Shown: piece by piece, positions 1 through 14,990 of the stretch
How the letters are laid out: every line of letters begins with the position of its first letter
Position numbering within the stretch: the stretch's first letter is position 1
NCBI GenBank assembly: GCA_009914755.4
Contig: CP068257.2
Location: 34,720,001 to 34,784,000 of the forward strand
DNA: 64,000 bases
Direction of reading: 5' to 3'
Source of the DNA: the human T2T-CHM13v2.0 reference genome, Homo sapiens
Program-made: the position numbers and the translations under genes
The notes under the pieces: generated by a model
The model's database searches: none
Told to the model about the DNA's origin: nothing
Seen by the model: only the letters and a program-made list of their open reading frames with translations

Positions 1-324
1 GGTGTGCCAGCGATGAGTTTGCATGTTAGTACTTGTGATCCTTTTTCTCCCCTGTGATGTAGATTTGGTTTCCTTATTTCAGAGCTGGGAAAACACGTCA
101 AGATAGATTAAAAGTAATCTGCCCGATACATAAAAAATCAACAACAACAAAAAAGTAATCTGCCCAAGATTATACAGCTAGGAAGGGTGAGGCCAGTATT
201 TGAACCCAGGCTTTTTACTTGGTATTACAATTAATGAATTAAAAAAAAAGATTATAGGTATTTATTTATTTATTTATTTTTGATTATAGGTATTTATTTT
301 TAAAAATCTTTATTTTCTTCTTAG

Positions 325-539
325 CTTTGGCTTCAGTGACAAAGTCACCATGAATGGTCATGTCCCAGTTGGATTATATGGGAATGGCTTCAAGTCGGGT
401 TCTATGCGTCTGGGTAAAGACGCAATCGTTTTTACCAAAAATGGAGAAAGCATGAGCGTGGGCCTTTTGTCTCAGACCTACTTGGAAGTCATAAAAGCGG
501 AGCATGTTGTTGTTCCAATAGTGGCATTCAACAAGCACC
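325..539 (+). CDS. MORC3: MORC3 coding exon (likely exon 4), GHKL ATPase domain: (S)[71 protein letters not shown] + C
   Basis: Acceptor ttcttcttAG|C at 323-324. Frame is continuous with ORF 350..562. Exon ends CAC C| immediately before ATATCCTTT, a perfect U12 AT-AC donor. C539 + GA at 1367 gives CGA (Arg), which is the in-frame join to the next exon. Confidence 0.8.
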
Positions 540-1366
540 ATATCCTTTTGGTTGTGAAATAAAAGCTGTGGAGAAACTGAAGAAATAATTTGGAAACATT
601 CTATGTTTTTGCCTTCTTCCAGATTATTCCCTTTGAATAACACCTATTCCATTTCTTACCTCTGTCCTCTGCATTTACCCTACACCTGAGGCTAAGGGTT
701 TGTCCCTTTCTCTTCTCTGTTGGAATCCTGCTATGGAAATACTCAACATTTTATGTTAAACTTCCCATAGCTCTTCTGTTTACTTCAGGGTTATTGTAGA
801 CTAGTAAGACTTTATGGTTTGGCTTGAAAATTTGACTAGTGACCACAAAAGGCAGGATAACTTTAGGAAAATGCCTTTTGTATGAACACATTGGAATATT
901 AGAAAGTATTAAGTTAGTTAGGAATAATAATCTGCTTATTTTTTATTCTTCTTCTTGTTCATTTGAAATCAAACTGCCATGTTAAAACTTAGAAAATAGG
1001 CTGAGCTCGGTGGCTGATCCCTGAAATTCCACCACTTTGGGAGGCCAAGACAGAAGGATTGCTTGAGCCCGGAATTTTGAGACCAGCCCAAGCAACGTAG
1101 GGAGACCCTGTCTCTACAAAAAAAATTTAAAAATTAGCCGGTCGTGGTGGTGGGTGCCTGTGGTCGGTCCCAGCTAGGCTGCAGTTAGCCCTGATCATGT
1201 TACTGCACTCTAGCCTAAGCAATAGTGAGACCCTATCTCACAAAAAAAAAAACCTTAGAAAATTATTTATAAATAGTTTTTCTGTTATTTAAGTTTATAG
1301 AGTTAGTTTTCATATTGTAATTATGAAAACTATGTTGTCAATCTGAGTCTTTAACTTATGATATAC
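540..1366 (+). other. MORC3: U12-type AT-AC intron of MORC3 (minor spliceosome)
   Basis: 5' splice site /ATATCCTTTT matches the U12 consensus RTATCCTTT exactly. 3' end is …gtCTTTAACttatgatatAC|GACAG. A branch-site-like TCTTTAAC (consensus TCCTTAAC) lies about 11 nt upstream of the terminal AC. No polypyrimidine tract. Confidence 0.7.
1001..1250 (+). mobile_element. Alu (old, diverged)
   Basis: ggctgagctcggtggctgatccctg…tttgggaggccaag…gcactctagcctaagcaat…poly(A). Confidence 0.8.
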
Positions 1367-1514
1367 GACAGATGATTAATTTAGCAGAATCAAAAGCCAG
1401 CCTTGCTGCAATTCTGGAACATTCTCTGTTTTCCACGGAACAGAAGTTACTGGCAGAACTTGATGCTATTATAGGCAAGAAGGGGACGAGGATCATCATT
1501 TGGAATCTTAGAAG
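1367..1514 (+). CDS. MORC3: MORC3 coding exon: (R)[48 protein letters not shown](S)
   Basis: Starts GA CAG ATG ATT AAT after the intron-terminal AC. Ends CTT AGA AG|GTAAAC (donor at 1515). Phases are consistent with both neighbouring exons. Confidence 0.8.
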
Positions 1515-1721
1515 GTAAACGTGGACATAGATGTTGACCGTTTGGGAAGTAAAGTGCACGTGCAGGGTGGTGGTGTTATATTCATCTCTCGTTACACACA
1601 GTAGAAATACATGGAAAGGTACTCATTTTTTGGTGTAGTTACTGATTTGTCTTTGCCCAGGATATGTTATAGAGGCCATTTCAGCTTCAATTTGAGATAT
1701 TTTCATCTTGTTAAAAAAAAT

Positions 1722-2180
<459 letters not shown>

Positions 2181-2589
2181 TAAAACTAAAAGTGATGTAG
2201 CACCTGATGAGAAAAGTAATATAGGTGAGATTTTTGTGTTGCTAAAATTTATAATCCTTTATCTTTGTGAGGATAAAATCCTTCGCAAATAAATTTTAAA
2301 ATTTAAGACTAATGTCTAATACTGAAAGATCTAAGACATACTGAATCACAGGAATAAAGCACAGGTAGTGATAAGCCTAAAGAACTGAAAAAACTTGTGC
2401 TATTCTGATACCTGAATTCGTTTTTCTTGCTTTCACTTCCCTACCCCTCCTTCTCCTGGAGGATTTTTTCAATTATACTTTCTGAGGTAATTGTAGATTC
2501 ATGTGTAGTTGTAAGAAGTAATAGAGAGATGTTAGGTACACTTCATTCAGTTTCCCCTGCTGGTAACATCTAACAAAACTATAGTACAG

Positions 2590-2954
<365 letters not shown>

Positions 2955-3179
2955 TTAGTCATCACAGGAATCCCTCATGTTGCTCTTTTGTAGCCATACC
3001 CACTTCCCTCATAACCCCACTCCCTCCTTAATCCGTGGCAACCTCTAATCTGTTCTCTATTTCTATAATTTTGCCATTTTAAGAATATTACATAAACAAC
3101 ATGGAAACCTTTTGGATTTGACTTTTTTCACTTAGCATAACTCCTGGCGTTTTCCAGGTTCTTGTATGTATAGTTTGCA

Positions 3180-3240
3180 CCTTTTCCTTTTTCTTTTTTT
3201 TTTCTTTCTTTTCTTTTCTTTCTTTCTTTCTTTTTTTTTT
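3180..3240. repeat. (TTTC/TTCC)n then poly(T) microsatellite preceding an antisense Alu
   Basis: ctttccttttt cttttttttttctttcttttcttttctttctttctttc tttttttt. Confidence 0.8.
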
Positions 3241-3530
3241 TTTTTGAGATAGCGTTTTGCTCTTTCCCCCAGGGTGGAGTGAAGTATAGCGCCATCTCGG
3301 CTCACTGCAACCTCCGCCCACCGGGTTCAAGCGATTCTGCTGCCTCATCCTCCCGTGTGGCTGGGATTATAGGCACCTGCCACCATGCCTGGCTGATTTT
3401 TGTGTTTTTAGTAGAGACAGGGTTTTGCCATATTGACCAGGCTGGTCTTGAACTTCTGACCTCAGGTGATCCACATGCCTCAGCCTCCCAAAGTGGTAGG
3501 ATTACAGGCGTGAGCCACTGCACCCAGCCA
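3228..3530 (-). mobile_element. Alu (antisense)
   Basis: poly(T), gagatagcgttttgctctttcccccagggtggagtg…ggattacaggcgtgagccactgcacccagcc. Confidence 0.9.
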
Positions 3531-3991
3531 GTTTGCACTTTTTTCTTGCTGAGTAGTGTTTCATTGTATGTATGGAACCCAGTGTGTTTACCTATTCAAG
3601 ACATCTAGGTTTGTAGTTTTGGGATATTACAAATAAAGCTGTAAACATTTGTGTACACAGTTTTGTGGGAATATAGTCTTCATTTTTCTGAAATAAATAT
3701 CTAGAAGTGTAATTGCTGTATCATATAGTACTTGCATTTTATTTTCTAAGAAATGCCAGACTGTTTTCCTGAGTGTTTTCCTACCAGCAGTGTATGAGTG
3801 TTACAGTTTCTCCACATCATCCAGGATCCGTTTTCTTTCTTTTTCTCTTGCCTTTGCACCCCCAACCCCCCACTGACGTGCACCATGTGTAGGTTTATTT
3901 ATTTGCTTACCTTTTTAATGACTTACAGTGTTTGCTGGCTTATCTTGCTGTGAAGTTAAATTTTGGTTCTTTCTAAAAATTATTTTTACAG

Positions 3992-4139
3992 CTACAAAAA
4001 TGCAACAGAGTTCGATTTTGAAAAGGATAAATATGATATCAGAATTCCCGAGGATTTAGATGAGATAACAGGGAAGAAGGGGTACAAGAAGCAGGAAAGG
4101 ATGGACCAGATTGCCCCTGAGAGTGACTATTCCCTGAGG
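3992..4139 (+). CDS. MORC3: MORC3 coding exon: (S)[49 protein letters not shown]
   Basis: Acceptor tttttacAG|C at 3990-3991. Donor CTG AGG|GTATGT at 4140. Frame matches ORF 3963..4169. Confidence 0.85.
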
Positions 4140-4542
4140 GTATGTATTCAGCTCTCTTTGTGGAAGTGAGAAAATCATTGAATGCTGGTAGTATTAGGAG
4201 AGGTCATGTTACCTGCTTGTGATAGAAAGGCTGCCAGTGCTCTCTAAATGAAAGTATCTCAGACATGATTTTCCCTGGCCCACTCAGCCTGGGCAACAGA
4301 GTGAGGCTGTATCACACACACACACAAATTTAGTTAAACTTTTCATTAGCACACTGGTTGATTTATTTGTTTGGAAACCCTTTTTAAATTATGAAGTCGT
4401 CAGGCCTAACAATGCTTGTAGTTTTTACTATATGCTGACATTATTATCTTATTAGAATCAATATATTAGTCAGTATATGGTGGCCAGACTAATTCAAAAA
4501 ACAACAAATTCAAAGTCTTATTAAATTTTAACGTATTTGCCC

Positions 4543-4850
4543 GTGCACGGTGGTTCACACCTGTAATCCCAGCACTTTGGGAGGCCAAGGTGGGTGGATC
4601 ACAAGGTCAGGAGTTCAAGACCAGCCTGGCCAAGATGGTCTTGAACTCCGTCTCTACTAAAAATGCAAAAATTAGTTGGGCACGGTGGCAGGCACCTGTA
4701 ATCCCAGCTACTCGGGAGGCTGAGGCAGGAGAGTCGCTTGAACCTGCAGGTGGGGCAGTGCGGTTCACGGAGGTTGCAGTGAGCGGAGATTGTACCACTG
4801 CACTCCAGCCTAGGTGACAGAGTGAGACGCCATCACACACACACAAAAAA
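4543..4850 (+). mobile_element. Alu
   Basis: gcccgtgcacggtggttcacacctgtaatcccagcactttgggaggcc…A-rich tail. Confidence 0.9.
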
Positions 4851-4984
4851 TTTAACGTATTCTAGAATACATACCTTAATTGTCCTCCTAAAGCAATAAA
4901 TTATAGACTATAGTTAGATAAGGTACATTAATATAATTTTGTGATAAATGCCTCTAGGATTTTCCCTTTAGAAATGAGGTTTTT

Positions 4985-5295
<311 letters not shown>

Positions 5296-5328
5296 CAAAA
5301 TGAGTATCTGTTTAAGATTAAAAGAAAT

Positions 5329-5632
<304 letters not shown>

Positions 5633-5687
5633 AGATTGGAGAAATTAATATCTTGATATAATAATGTCGATAAATTAATATCAAGGT

Positions 5688-5986
<299 letters not shown>

Positions 5987-6037
5987 ATATCAAGTTTTTT
6001 AGTTGTTTTGATAAGACATGTGATACTAACTTTTTGC

Positions 6038-6338
6038 TTTCTTTTTTTTTTTTTTTTTGAGACAGAGTCTCACTCTGTTGCCTAGGCTGGAGTGCAGTGG
6101 CGTGATCTCGGCTCACCACAACCTCCGGCTCCTGGGTTCAAGCGATTCTTCTGGCACAGCCTCCTGAGTAGCCAGGACTACAAGCATGCACTACCCTGCC
6201 TGGCTAATTTTTGTATTTTTAGTAGAGACAGGGTTTCACTATGTTAGCCAGGCTTCTCTTGAACTCCTGACCTCGTGATCCGCCCGCCTCGGCCTCCCAA
6301 AGTGCTGGGATTACAGGAATGAGCCACCTTGCCTAGCC
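6038..6338 (-). mobile_element. Alu (antisense)
   Basis: poly(T), gagacagagtctcactctgttgcctaggctggagtgcagtgg…aatgagccaccttgcctagcc. Confidence 0.9.
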
Positions 6339-6721
6339 ACTTTTTGCTTTATTTCTTGTGTTGATATTATTCTTTAATCCCAAGCTGTGGATGTATTTGT
6401 CATTTACAGATTTTTCATGTAATTTTTGCTAAGGTCTTAGCAATTACATTATTAGTAATAGTAATAGTAAATAGTAGTATTACTATTTACTAAAATAGTA
6501 AATAGCAGATATTTACTGTTCCTTGATGTATCCTAATGTGTTCCTAGTGTTGAAAAAGTCTTATTCAAGTATGAAACAGGTTCAGAGGCAGCCAGAGAAG
6601 ATGGTATGGTTTTAGTACACTACAAAATACAGTGTTTTTTAAATGACGCAAAGCACCACTTCTTTTGAAATCAAGAGTCAGGAAAAGTAGGAGAAGCTTT
6701 TAAGTTTTAGTTTTGTGTTGA

Positions 6722-6812
6722 ATCTTTTTTTTTTGAGGTGGGGGGGTCTCCCTCTGTCCCCCACACTGGAGTGCAGTGGTGTGATCTCGGCTCACTGCAG
6801 CCTCCGCCTCCA
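6722..6812 (-). mobile_element. Alu fragment (antisense, right-arm piece)
   Basis: …cactggagtgcagtggtgtgatctcggctcactgcagcctccgcctcc. Confidence 0.7.
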
Positions 6813-7170
6813 TACTTGACAGAAAAATCAGAAAATGTACCTTTTTGTACATATATACATTTTTTAAAATTAAAATGTGATCATACCATACGTGCTGTTT
6901 TGTAATCTTTTTCACTTAGTAATAAATATATCAGCATCTATATAGATCAGTTGATTGTATTCTGCAAGTCATTTTTACTGGCTGCGGTATATTGAGCTTA
7001 TTTTTAATGAAAAATAACCAAATCAGAATAACATACAGCTTTATAGCCTATTTTATTGAAGAGTTAATTGATCTTTTATCAAGTTAATAGGAGAGCTTCT
7101 GTGTAAATCCATGTCTAAGTAATGGTGAGCAAACCTGTAGATACTAACTTCTTGTTATGTTATTTTCCAG

Positions 7171-7299
7171 GCTTATTGCAGTATATTATATCTAAAGCCA
7201 AGAATGCAGATCATCCTACGTGGACAGAAAGTGAAGACACAGCTGGTTTCGAAGAGTCTTGCCTACATCGAACGTGATGTTTATCGACCAAAATTTTTA
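7171..7299 (+). CDS. MORC3: MORC3 coding exon: [43 protein letters not shown]
   Basis: Acceptor tattttccAG|GCT at 7169-7170. Exon ends TTT TTA| followed by GTATCCTTTTT, a U12-type GT donor. Confidence 0.8.
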
Positions 7300-7503
7300 G
7301 TATCCTTTTTCTGATTCCTTATAGAGATATGTTAGTCAGGTGTATTCTCTTTTGCCCCTTTCCCCTTATATGCTGATAGGGATTCTAGTCTGCTCTAGCT
7401 TTGCCCTCCTTTGTGTGCTTTTGGACTTACCAAATAATGAAATAGAAAGGATGATTTGAACTGAGTGAGGTGTTGTGTTCAAAATTTACCTTAATATTTT
7501 AAG
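7300..7503 (+). other. MORC3: U12-type GT-AG intron of MORC3 (minor spliceosome), ~204 nt
   Basis: 5' splice site /GTATCCTTTTT matches the U12 consensus. A branch-site-like tACCTTAAT lies about 11 nt upstream of the acceptor attttaAG|TCT. No polypyrimidine tract. As a U2 donor GTATCC is weak. Confidence 0.65.
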
Positions 7504-7623
7504 TCTAAAACAGTGAGAATTACCTTTGGATTCAACTGCAGAAATAAAGATCATTATGGGATAATGATGTATCACAGAAATAGACTCATCAAAGCTTATG
7601 AAAAAGTTGGATGTCAGTTAAGG
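7504..7623 (+). CDS. MORC3: MORC3 coding exon: [40 protein letters not shown]
   Basis: Acceptor ttttaAG|TCT AAA ACA GTG AGA. In frame with ORF 7513..7710. Donor TTA AGG|GTAAGC at 7624. Confidence 0.8.
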
Positions 7624-7788
7624 GTAAGCTTTATTTTTTATTTGAAAAGAAAATGTCTATTTTCCACAAAAGTTAGGATAATATATGCTCTTGAGTCAAA
7701 TGTTAAATAATTTTATTGTACCTTTTGCCTATAGCTTTTTAATGTAAATTTGTAAAAAATAACACTGTGGTATTTGAACTTTTATTAA

Positions 7789-7850
7789 CTCCCCTCCCCT
7801 CCCCTCCCTTCCCCTCCCCTGCCCTGCCCTCTCCTTTCCTTTCCCTTCCT
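7789..7850. repeat. (CCCCT)n-like polypyrimidine tract
   Basis: cccctcccctcccctcccttcccctcccctgccctgccctctcctttcctttcccttcc. Confidence 0.85.
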
Positions 7851-8910
<1,060 letters not shown>

Positions 8911-8997
8911 TAGTATATTAATTTTGTATTTGATCCTGAACAGCCCTGAGGTGGGGACAGAATATTTCTTTTATCCCTATTTTATGCATAAGGAAGT

Positions 8998-9620
8998 TGG
9001 GGACCAGACACAGTGGCTCATTCCTGTAATCCTAGTGCTTCGTGTGGCTGAGGTAGGAGGATTGCTTGAGGCCAGTGCTTCAAGACCAGCTTGGGCAACA
9101 TACCAAGTCTCTACCTCAGCTGAGTACGGTGCCTTACACCTGTAATCCCAGCATATTTGAGAGGTCTGGGCCGGGGGATTGCTTGAGCCCAGGAGTTCAA
9201 GACCAGCCTGGGCAATGGGGCAAAACCCTGTCTGTACAAAAAAATACAAAAATTAGCTGGGCCTGGTGGTGCATGCCTGTGGTCCCAGCTACCAGGAGGC
9301 TGAGGTGGGAGGATTGCTTGAGCCCAAGAAGTTGAGGCTGTAGTGAGCCAAAATTGTGCCTCTGCTTTTCAGTCTAGGCAACAGGGTGAGGTCCTATCTC
9401 AAACAAACAAACAAACAAAAATCGTCTCTACAAAACAATAAAAACAAATTAGCCAGGTGTGGTTGTACGTCCTTGTAGTCTTAGTTATTTGGGAGGCTGA
9501 GGTGGGAGAGTGCTTGAGCCCTGGAGTTTGAGGCTACACTGAGCTATGATTTTTGCCCCTGTACTCCAGCCTGGGCAACAGAGTGAGACCCTGTCTCTTA
9601 AAAAAAAAAAAAAAAAAACA
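8998..9620 (+). mobile_element. Cluster of old sense Alu copies (partial, full, then a right-monomer)
   Basis: …cagtggctcattcctgtaatcctagtg… (partial); …cacctgtaatcccagcatatttgagagg…cagcctgggcaa…; …ccagcctgggcaacagagtgagaccctgtctc + poly(A). Confidence 0.8.
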
Positions 9621-10856
9621 AAGAAATTGGGGCAAATAACAAATAGATGAAGCAAGTTGCTTAAGACATAACAGCGTGGATCTCAGACACAAACACATCA
9701 TTTGACTGCATTTGGATATGGATCCATTGCACATTTTTAAGATTTTGGTGATAATTCTTTGTCTTAACTTTATTCTGAGTTTTTTGTAGAATGATGTGAG
9801 ATCTACACAGTATACCAATGCAGATTCACCTTGAATACCACTTAACAGGGGTTCTGACTCTGCTTCACCTACTTTACATGGCATGAGCCCAAATATAGCA
9901 TATTTGCAGAAGTAAATGAACTTTATGTCTACCACAGAATGTAAATTTTTTTCTTTTTATCACCTATGAATCTGACTTAACCAAGATATATAGCCCATTT
10001 TCCCAACCGAGTTAAATTTGTACTGTACATATTTCCTAGTTAAGCTCGACCTTGTAAAGATAGGCTGTTACAGCTAAATTACAATGTTTATCTTTACCAG
10101 ATGATGGACTGGGCCTAGTATTTGCATTCTGTGGATTCGGTAAACATTAAATAAGTATCAGATACCCATTGTGATTTGCTGTGCTGGGTGCTCAGCATAA
10201 AAAGTTGGTAAAATACAGAGCATGCCCTCAAAGCTCAGTTTTGTGAGGGGACTGTGGAACATCCTTGGAAGCATCAGAAAAGGCTTCTTAGAGAAAGTGT
10301 TGATTGAAATGAGTCTCAGTTGATTTCACTGTGCTGCAAAGTCTGGAAGGGCTTTCCAGGCAGAGACAACATGTGCAAAGGCAGAGAAAGAGGCTTCTGA
10401 GAGTATGACATCATAAAGGGAGTAATTTGATGTGGCTGGACCATATTTTAAGTGGAGAACAGAGGAATGAGAGAGACAGGATAAGGCTGGAAGGAAGATG
10501 GATAAGAACCACAAATTGAAGGATATTGTTATTACTGTAGTTTAAAAATAGTCTGAAATGGTGAACCTGATGGTTTTTAATAGAGCAGAATTAGGATTAG
10601 TTGTATGGTTTGGTCTATAGTTGGGTTTATAAAAATTTTCATTTTATGAGTTACACATTTTACTTTTTTCTTCATAGACTAAGAAGTATAGCTACAATCA
10701 TGAACAAAATATACTTGTTAGTCACACGTAGATAATCAGAAGATGACTCATATACTTTGAGTTCAACATTTTAGCTAGCAGATTTAAAAAATAACTAATT
10801 TAACCAACCTAGATTTTTACTTCATTGTTAGCAACTGGATACCTAACTTTGGGTAA

Positions 10857-11300
<444 letters not shown>

Positions 11301-11469
11301 GGTAGTCCTTTTTCTCTTGTATAACATTGGGGATGTTAATACTTGTCTAAATGGATACTTGTCAACAATCAAAGGGTTTTTGAGGAAGGCTCTAGTGTAT
11401 TTAGAAATTAACTCCCAGGAATATAAATCACCTACCAGTGTTTTTTTCAGTCTAAATTTGATGAGAATT

Positions 11470-11790
11470 GGCCGGACGCGGTGGCTCATGCCTGTAATGC
11501 CAGCACTTTGGGAGGCCGAGGCTGGTGGATTGCTTGAGGTCAGGAGTTGGAGACTAGCCATGGTGAAACCCCGTCTCTGCTAAAAATAGAAAAATTAGCT
11601 GGGTTTGGTGGTGCACGCCTGTACTTCCAGCTACTCGGGAGGCTGAGGCAACGAGAGTCACTTGAGCTTGGGCGGTCTCTTGGTTCTTGCAGTGAGCCAA
11701 GATCATGCCACTGCACTCCAGCCTGGGTGACCAAATGAGACTCTGTCTCAAAAAAATAAAAACAAATAAAAATAAAAATAAATGTGATGA
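11470..11790 (+). mobile_element. Alu
   Basis: ggccggacgcggtggctcatgcctgtaatgccagcactttgggaggccgaggc…A-rich tail. Confidence 0.9.
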
Positions 11791-11902
11791 GAATCATACA
11801 AGATAAAATATAGAAAAATATACAAACTATAATTCTTTAAGGGTAATTATTTTGAGCATCATGTCTTATGCTTAAAATGCTGATTTCATTTTATTTTTTC
11901 AG

Positions 11903-12000
11903 GCAAACAACATGGGTGTTGGAGTGGTTGGAATTATAGAGTGTAATTTCCTTAAGCCAACTCATAATAAACAAGATTTCGACTATACTAATGAGTACAG
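11903..12000 (+). CDS. MORC3: MORC3 coding exon: [32 protein letters not shown](R)
   Basis: Acceptor ttttttcAG|GCA at 11901-11902. Donor GAG TAC AG|GTATGT at 12001. Ends in phase 2. Confidence 0.85.
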
Positions 12001-12614
12001 GTATGTTACCTATTTAAATTATTGACTGAGGTTCCTAGGAAATGTATTACCAAGAAAGCAGGAACTACTCTATTTTCTGTGAATCTCAGAAATACCTTAT
12101 TAGTAAAGAAAGGTTTGAATATACTACTTGTGATGGTGTAGGTTACAATTCCTAGAATGGAAGATGGTTATATTAGTTTTCTATGTAAGTCCCTTACCTA
12201 CCCATTTTCTTAAAGTTCGATAATGTAATTATAATTTTGTAATTAAAATAAAAATCCACAAGGTGGCAAAACATTTAGCTTAAGAGAAGTTATGCAAGTA
12301 TTTTGAAAATAAACTTTAAAAAGAAGTCAATAATTTAAATAGGTAAATAGAGGGCCTGGCCAATGCTGGCCTATAGACGTGGTCTCTGGTTGACATAGGG
12401 TGTGTGGATAGGTTGGAGCTGGTCTGTAGAGGGAGCCTTATGTTGTTGGAGCTAGCAGAAGACTGCTGGTGGGCAAAGCATGGCCTGATGGGCACAGCTG
12501 AAGCTCCTCTGGGAGGTCACTGGGCCCTAGCAAAATAGTAACAGAGTACCAGAACTTGGGCTGGATTTGGAGCCTAGAGACAATAAATTGGTAACTGACT
12601 GAATCAAAAAAGTC

Positions 12615-13160
12615 AGCCAGGTGCAGTGGCTCTTTCCTGTAATCTTAGCACTAAGGGGGCCCAAAGGTGGACAAATTGCTTGAGCTCAGAAGGTTGAGAC
12701 CAGCGTGGGCAACATGGCAAAATCCTGTCTCTACCAAAAATACAAAAAATTAGCAAGGTGTGGTGGCATGTGTCTGTGGTCCCAGCTACTCAGGAGGCTG
12801 AGGCAGGAGGATCATTTGAGCCTGGGAAGGTGGAGTGTGCAGTGAGCCAAGATGGCGCCACTGTACTCCAACCCGATGACAGAGTGAGATCCCGTCTCAG
12901 GAAAAAAAAGACCACGTACAGTGGCTTACACCTGTAATCCCAGCACTTTAGTAGGCGGAGGATCGCTTGAGCCGAGGAGTTTGAGACCAGCCTGGGCAAC
13001 ACAGTGGGAGCTTATCTCTACAGAAAATAAAAAAATGAGGTGGGAGGATCACTTGAGCTCAGGAGATTGAGGCTGCAATGAGCCGTGATTGTGTCACTGC
13101 ATTCCCGCGCTGGTGACAGAAGACACCCTGCCTCAAAAAAAAAAAAAAAAAAATTTCGGT
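12615..13160 (+). mobile_element. Two tandem sense Alus (second partial)
   Basis: cagccaggtgcagtggctctttcctgtaatcttagcac…poly(A); then gaccacgtacagtggcttacacctgtaatcccagcacttt…poly(A). Confidence 0.85.
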
Positions 13161-13572
13161 TCTTTGGTAGGACTAATAAAGTCTATAAGCATTTGTCAAG
13201 ACTGATTAAGGAAAAGGAGTAGAAAATACAAATCATCAATATTAGAAATGAAAAAGAAGAAATTACTACAGAGCCTCCAGACATGAAACATTAAGCAGAT
13301 AGCACAAATAAATTTTCTCCATTTTAGATGACGTGGACACATTCCTTTGAAATTGAATCACTTTTTAGAAAACTTCCCACATACTAAATTCAGACATTTA
13401 AGGAAGAAGTGGCATCAGTCTTTTTATTTACAAAAACTATTTAAAACAATACATAATAGTTCATTTGTATGGAATACATGTGATATTTTGATACAAGCAT
13501 ACAACATGTAATGATCAAGTCAGGGTTATTGGGATATTCATCACCTCAAGCAGTTGCCTTATTTTGTGTTAG

Positions 13573-13957
<385 letters not shown>

Positions 13958-14089
13958 TGTTGTCCTATTGTGGTACCAAATACTGTATCTTATTCCTTCT
14001 AATTAACTGTATTTTTATACTCATTAGCCAGCCCCTCTTTATTTCCCTCTCCCCACTACCTGTCCCATGTCCTGAGGGCAGTATTTTTT

Positions 14090-14990
14090 AGCTCTCAGAT
14101 ATGGATGAGAACATGAGATATTTGTCTTTCTATACCTGACTTACTTCACTTAATGTAATGTCCTCCAGGTATATCCATTTATATCCATGTCATTACAAAT
14201 GACAGCATTTTTGTGGTTGGATAATATCCCATTGTGTGTATGTACCATAGTTTTTTTATTCATTTATTCGTTAATGGATGCTGACAAGGATGTGGAGAAA
14301 GGGGAACCCTCGTACACTATTAGTGGGAAAGTAAATTAGTATAGTTGCTATGGAGAATAGGATGGAGTTTCCTCAAGTAAACTAATAATAGAATTACCAT
14401 ATGATTGAACAATCACATGGCTGGATATATATCTAAAAGAAAGAAAATCAGTATATTTGAAGAGATACCTGCACTCTCATGTTTATTGCAGCACTGTTCA
14501 CAGTAGTCAAAGGTTTTATGAAGCCACATAGCCTTGTTAGTAAGCTCAAGAGTACAGGAAAGGAAATTTATGTCAGTCTCTTATCATAGAATTAAAAGTC
14601 TTAATTAAAATATTGGTAAATACCATCCAGTACATGCTAAAAGAATAATAACATTAAAACCAAGTGGGTTGTGTTCTAAGACAATATGGGTGGTTTTAAT
14701 GTAAGAAATGAGTATAGTTCATCATATTGATGTTTAATAAGAGAAAGCCCTTATGGTCATATACATAGATAGAGAAAAAGCACTTGCAATTATTTTTAAA
14801 AGGAACACCTACAAAAACTGTGAATCAAAGGGCATAATAACAGAGTATTTACACACACACGGCAAGCTACATTACTAATGGGGAACAATTGATAGCTTTC
14901 CTTAGAAGGGTGGGAGAGTTAAGGATACCAGCCATTCACTAAATATTCTTGAGGAAATAACTAATGTAATAAGGCCAAAAAAAAGGGGTG
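14090..14990 (+). mobile_element. Old L1 (LINE-1) 3'-region fragment
   Basis: Resembles L1 ORF2 3' consensus. Examples: tgagaacatgagatatttgtctttctatacctgacttacttcacttaatgtaatgtcctccagg… and …catgtttattgcagcactgttcacagtagtcaaag. Confidence 0.55.

Noticed and set aside
350-562. ORF continuing past the MORC3 exon as …[10 protein letters not shown] with possible GT donors at 551 (gttgtg) or 554 (gtgaaa)
   Set aside because: Both GT sites are weak. The sequence at 540 is a perfect AT-AC U12 donor, and the U12 join keeps the frame (…KHRQMIN…). The ORF tail is read-through into the intron.
9640-9960. 133-aa minus-strand ORF downstream of an Alu cluster
   Set aside because: It begins in Alu poly(A) and Alu sequence, and no conserved motif is recognisable. 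It is intronic.
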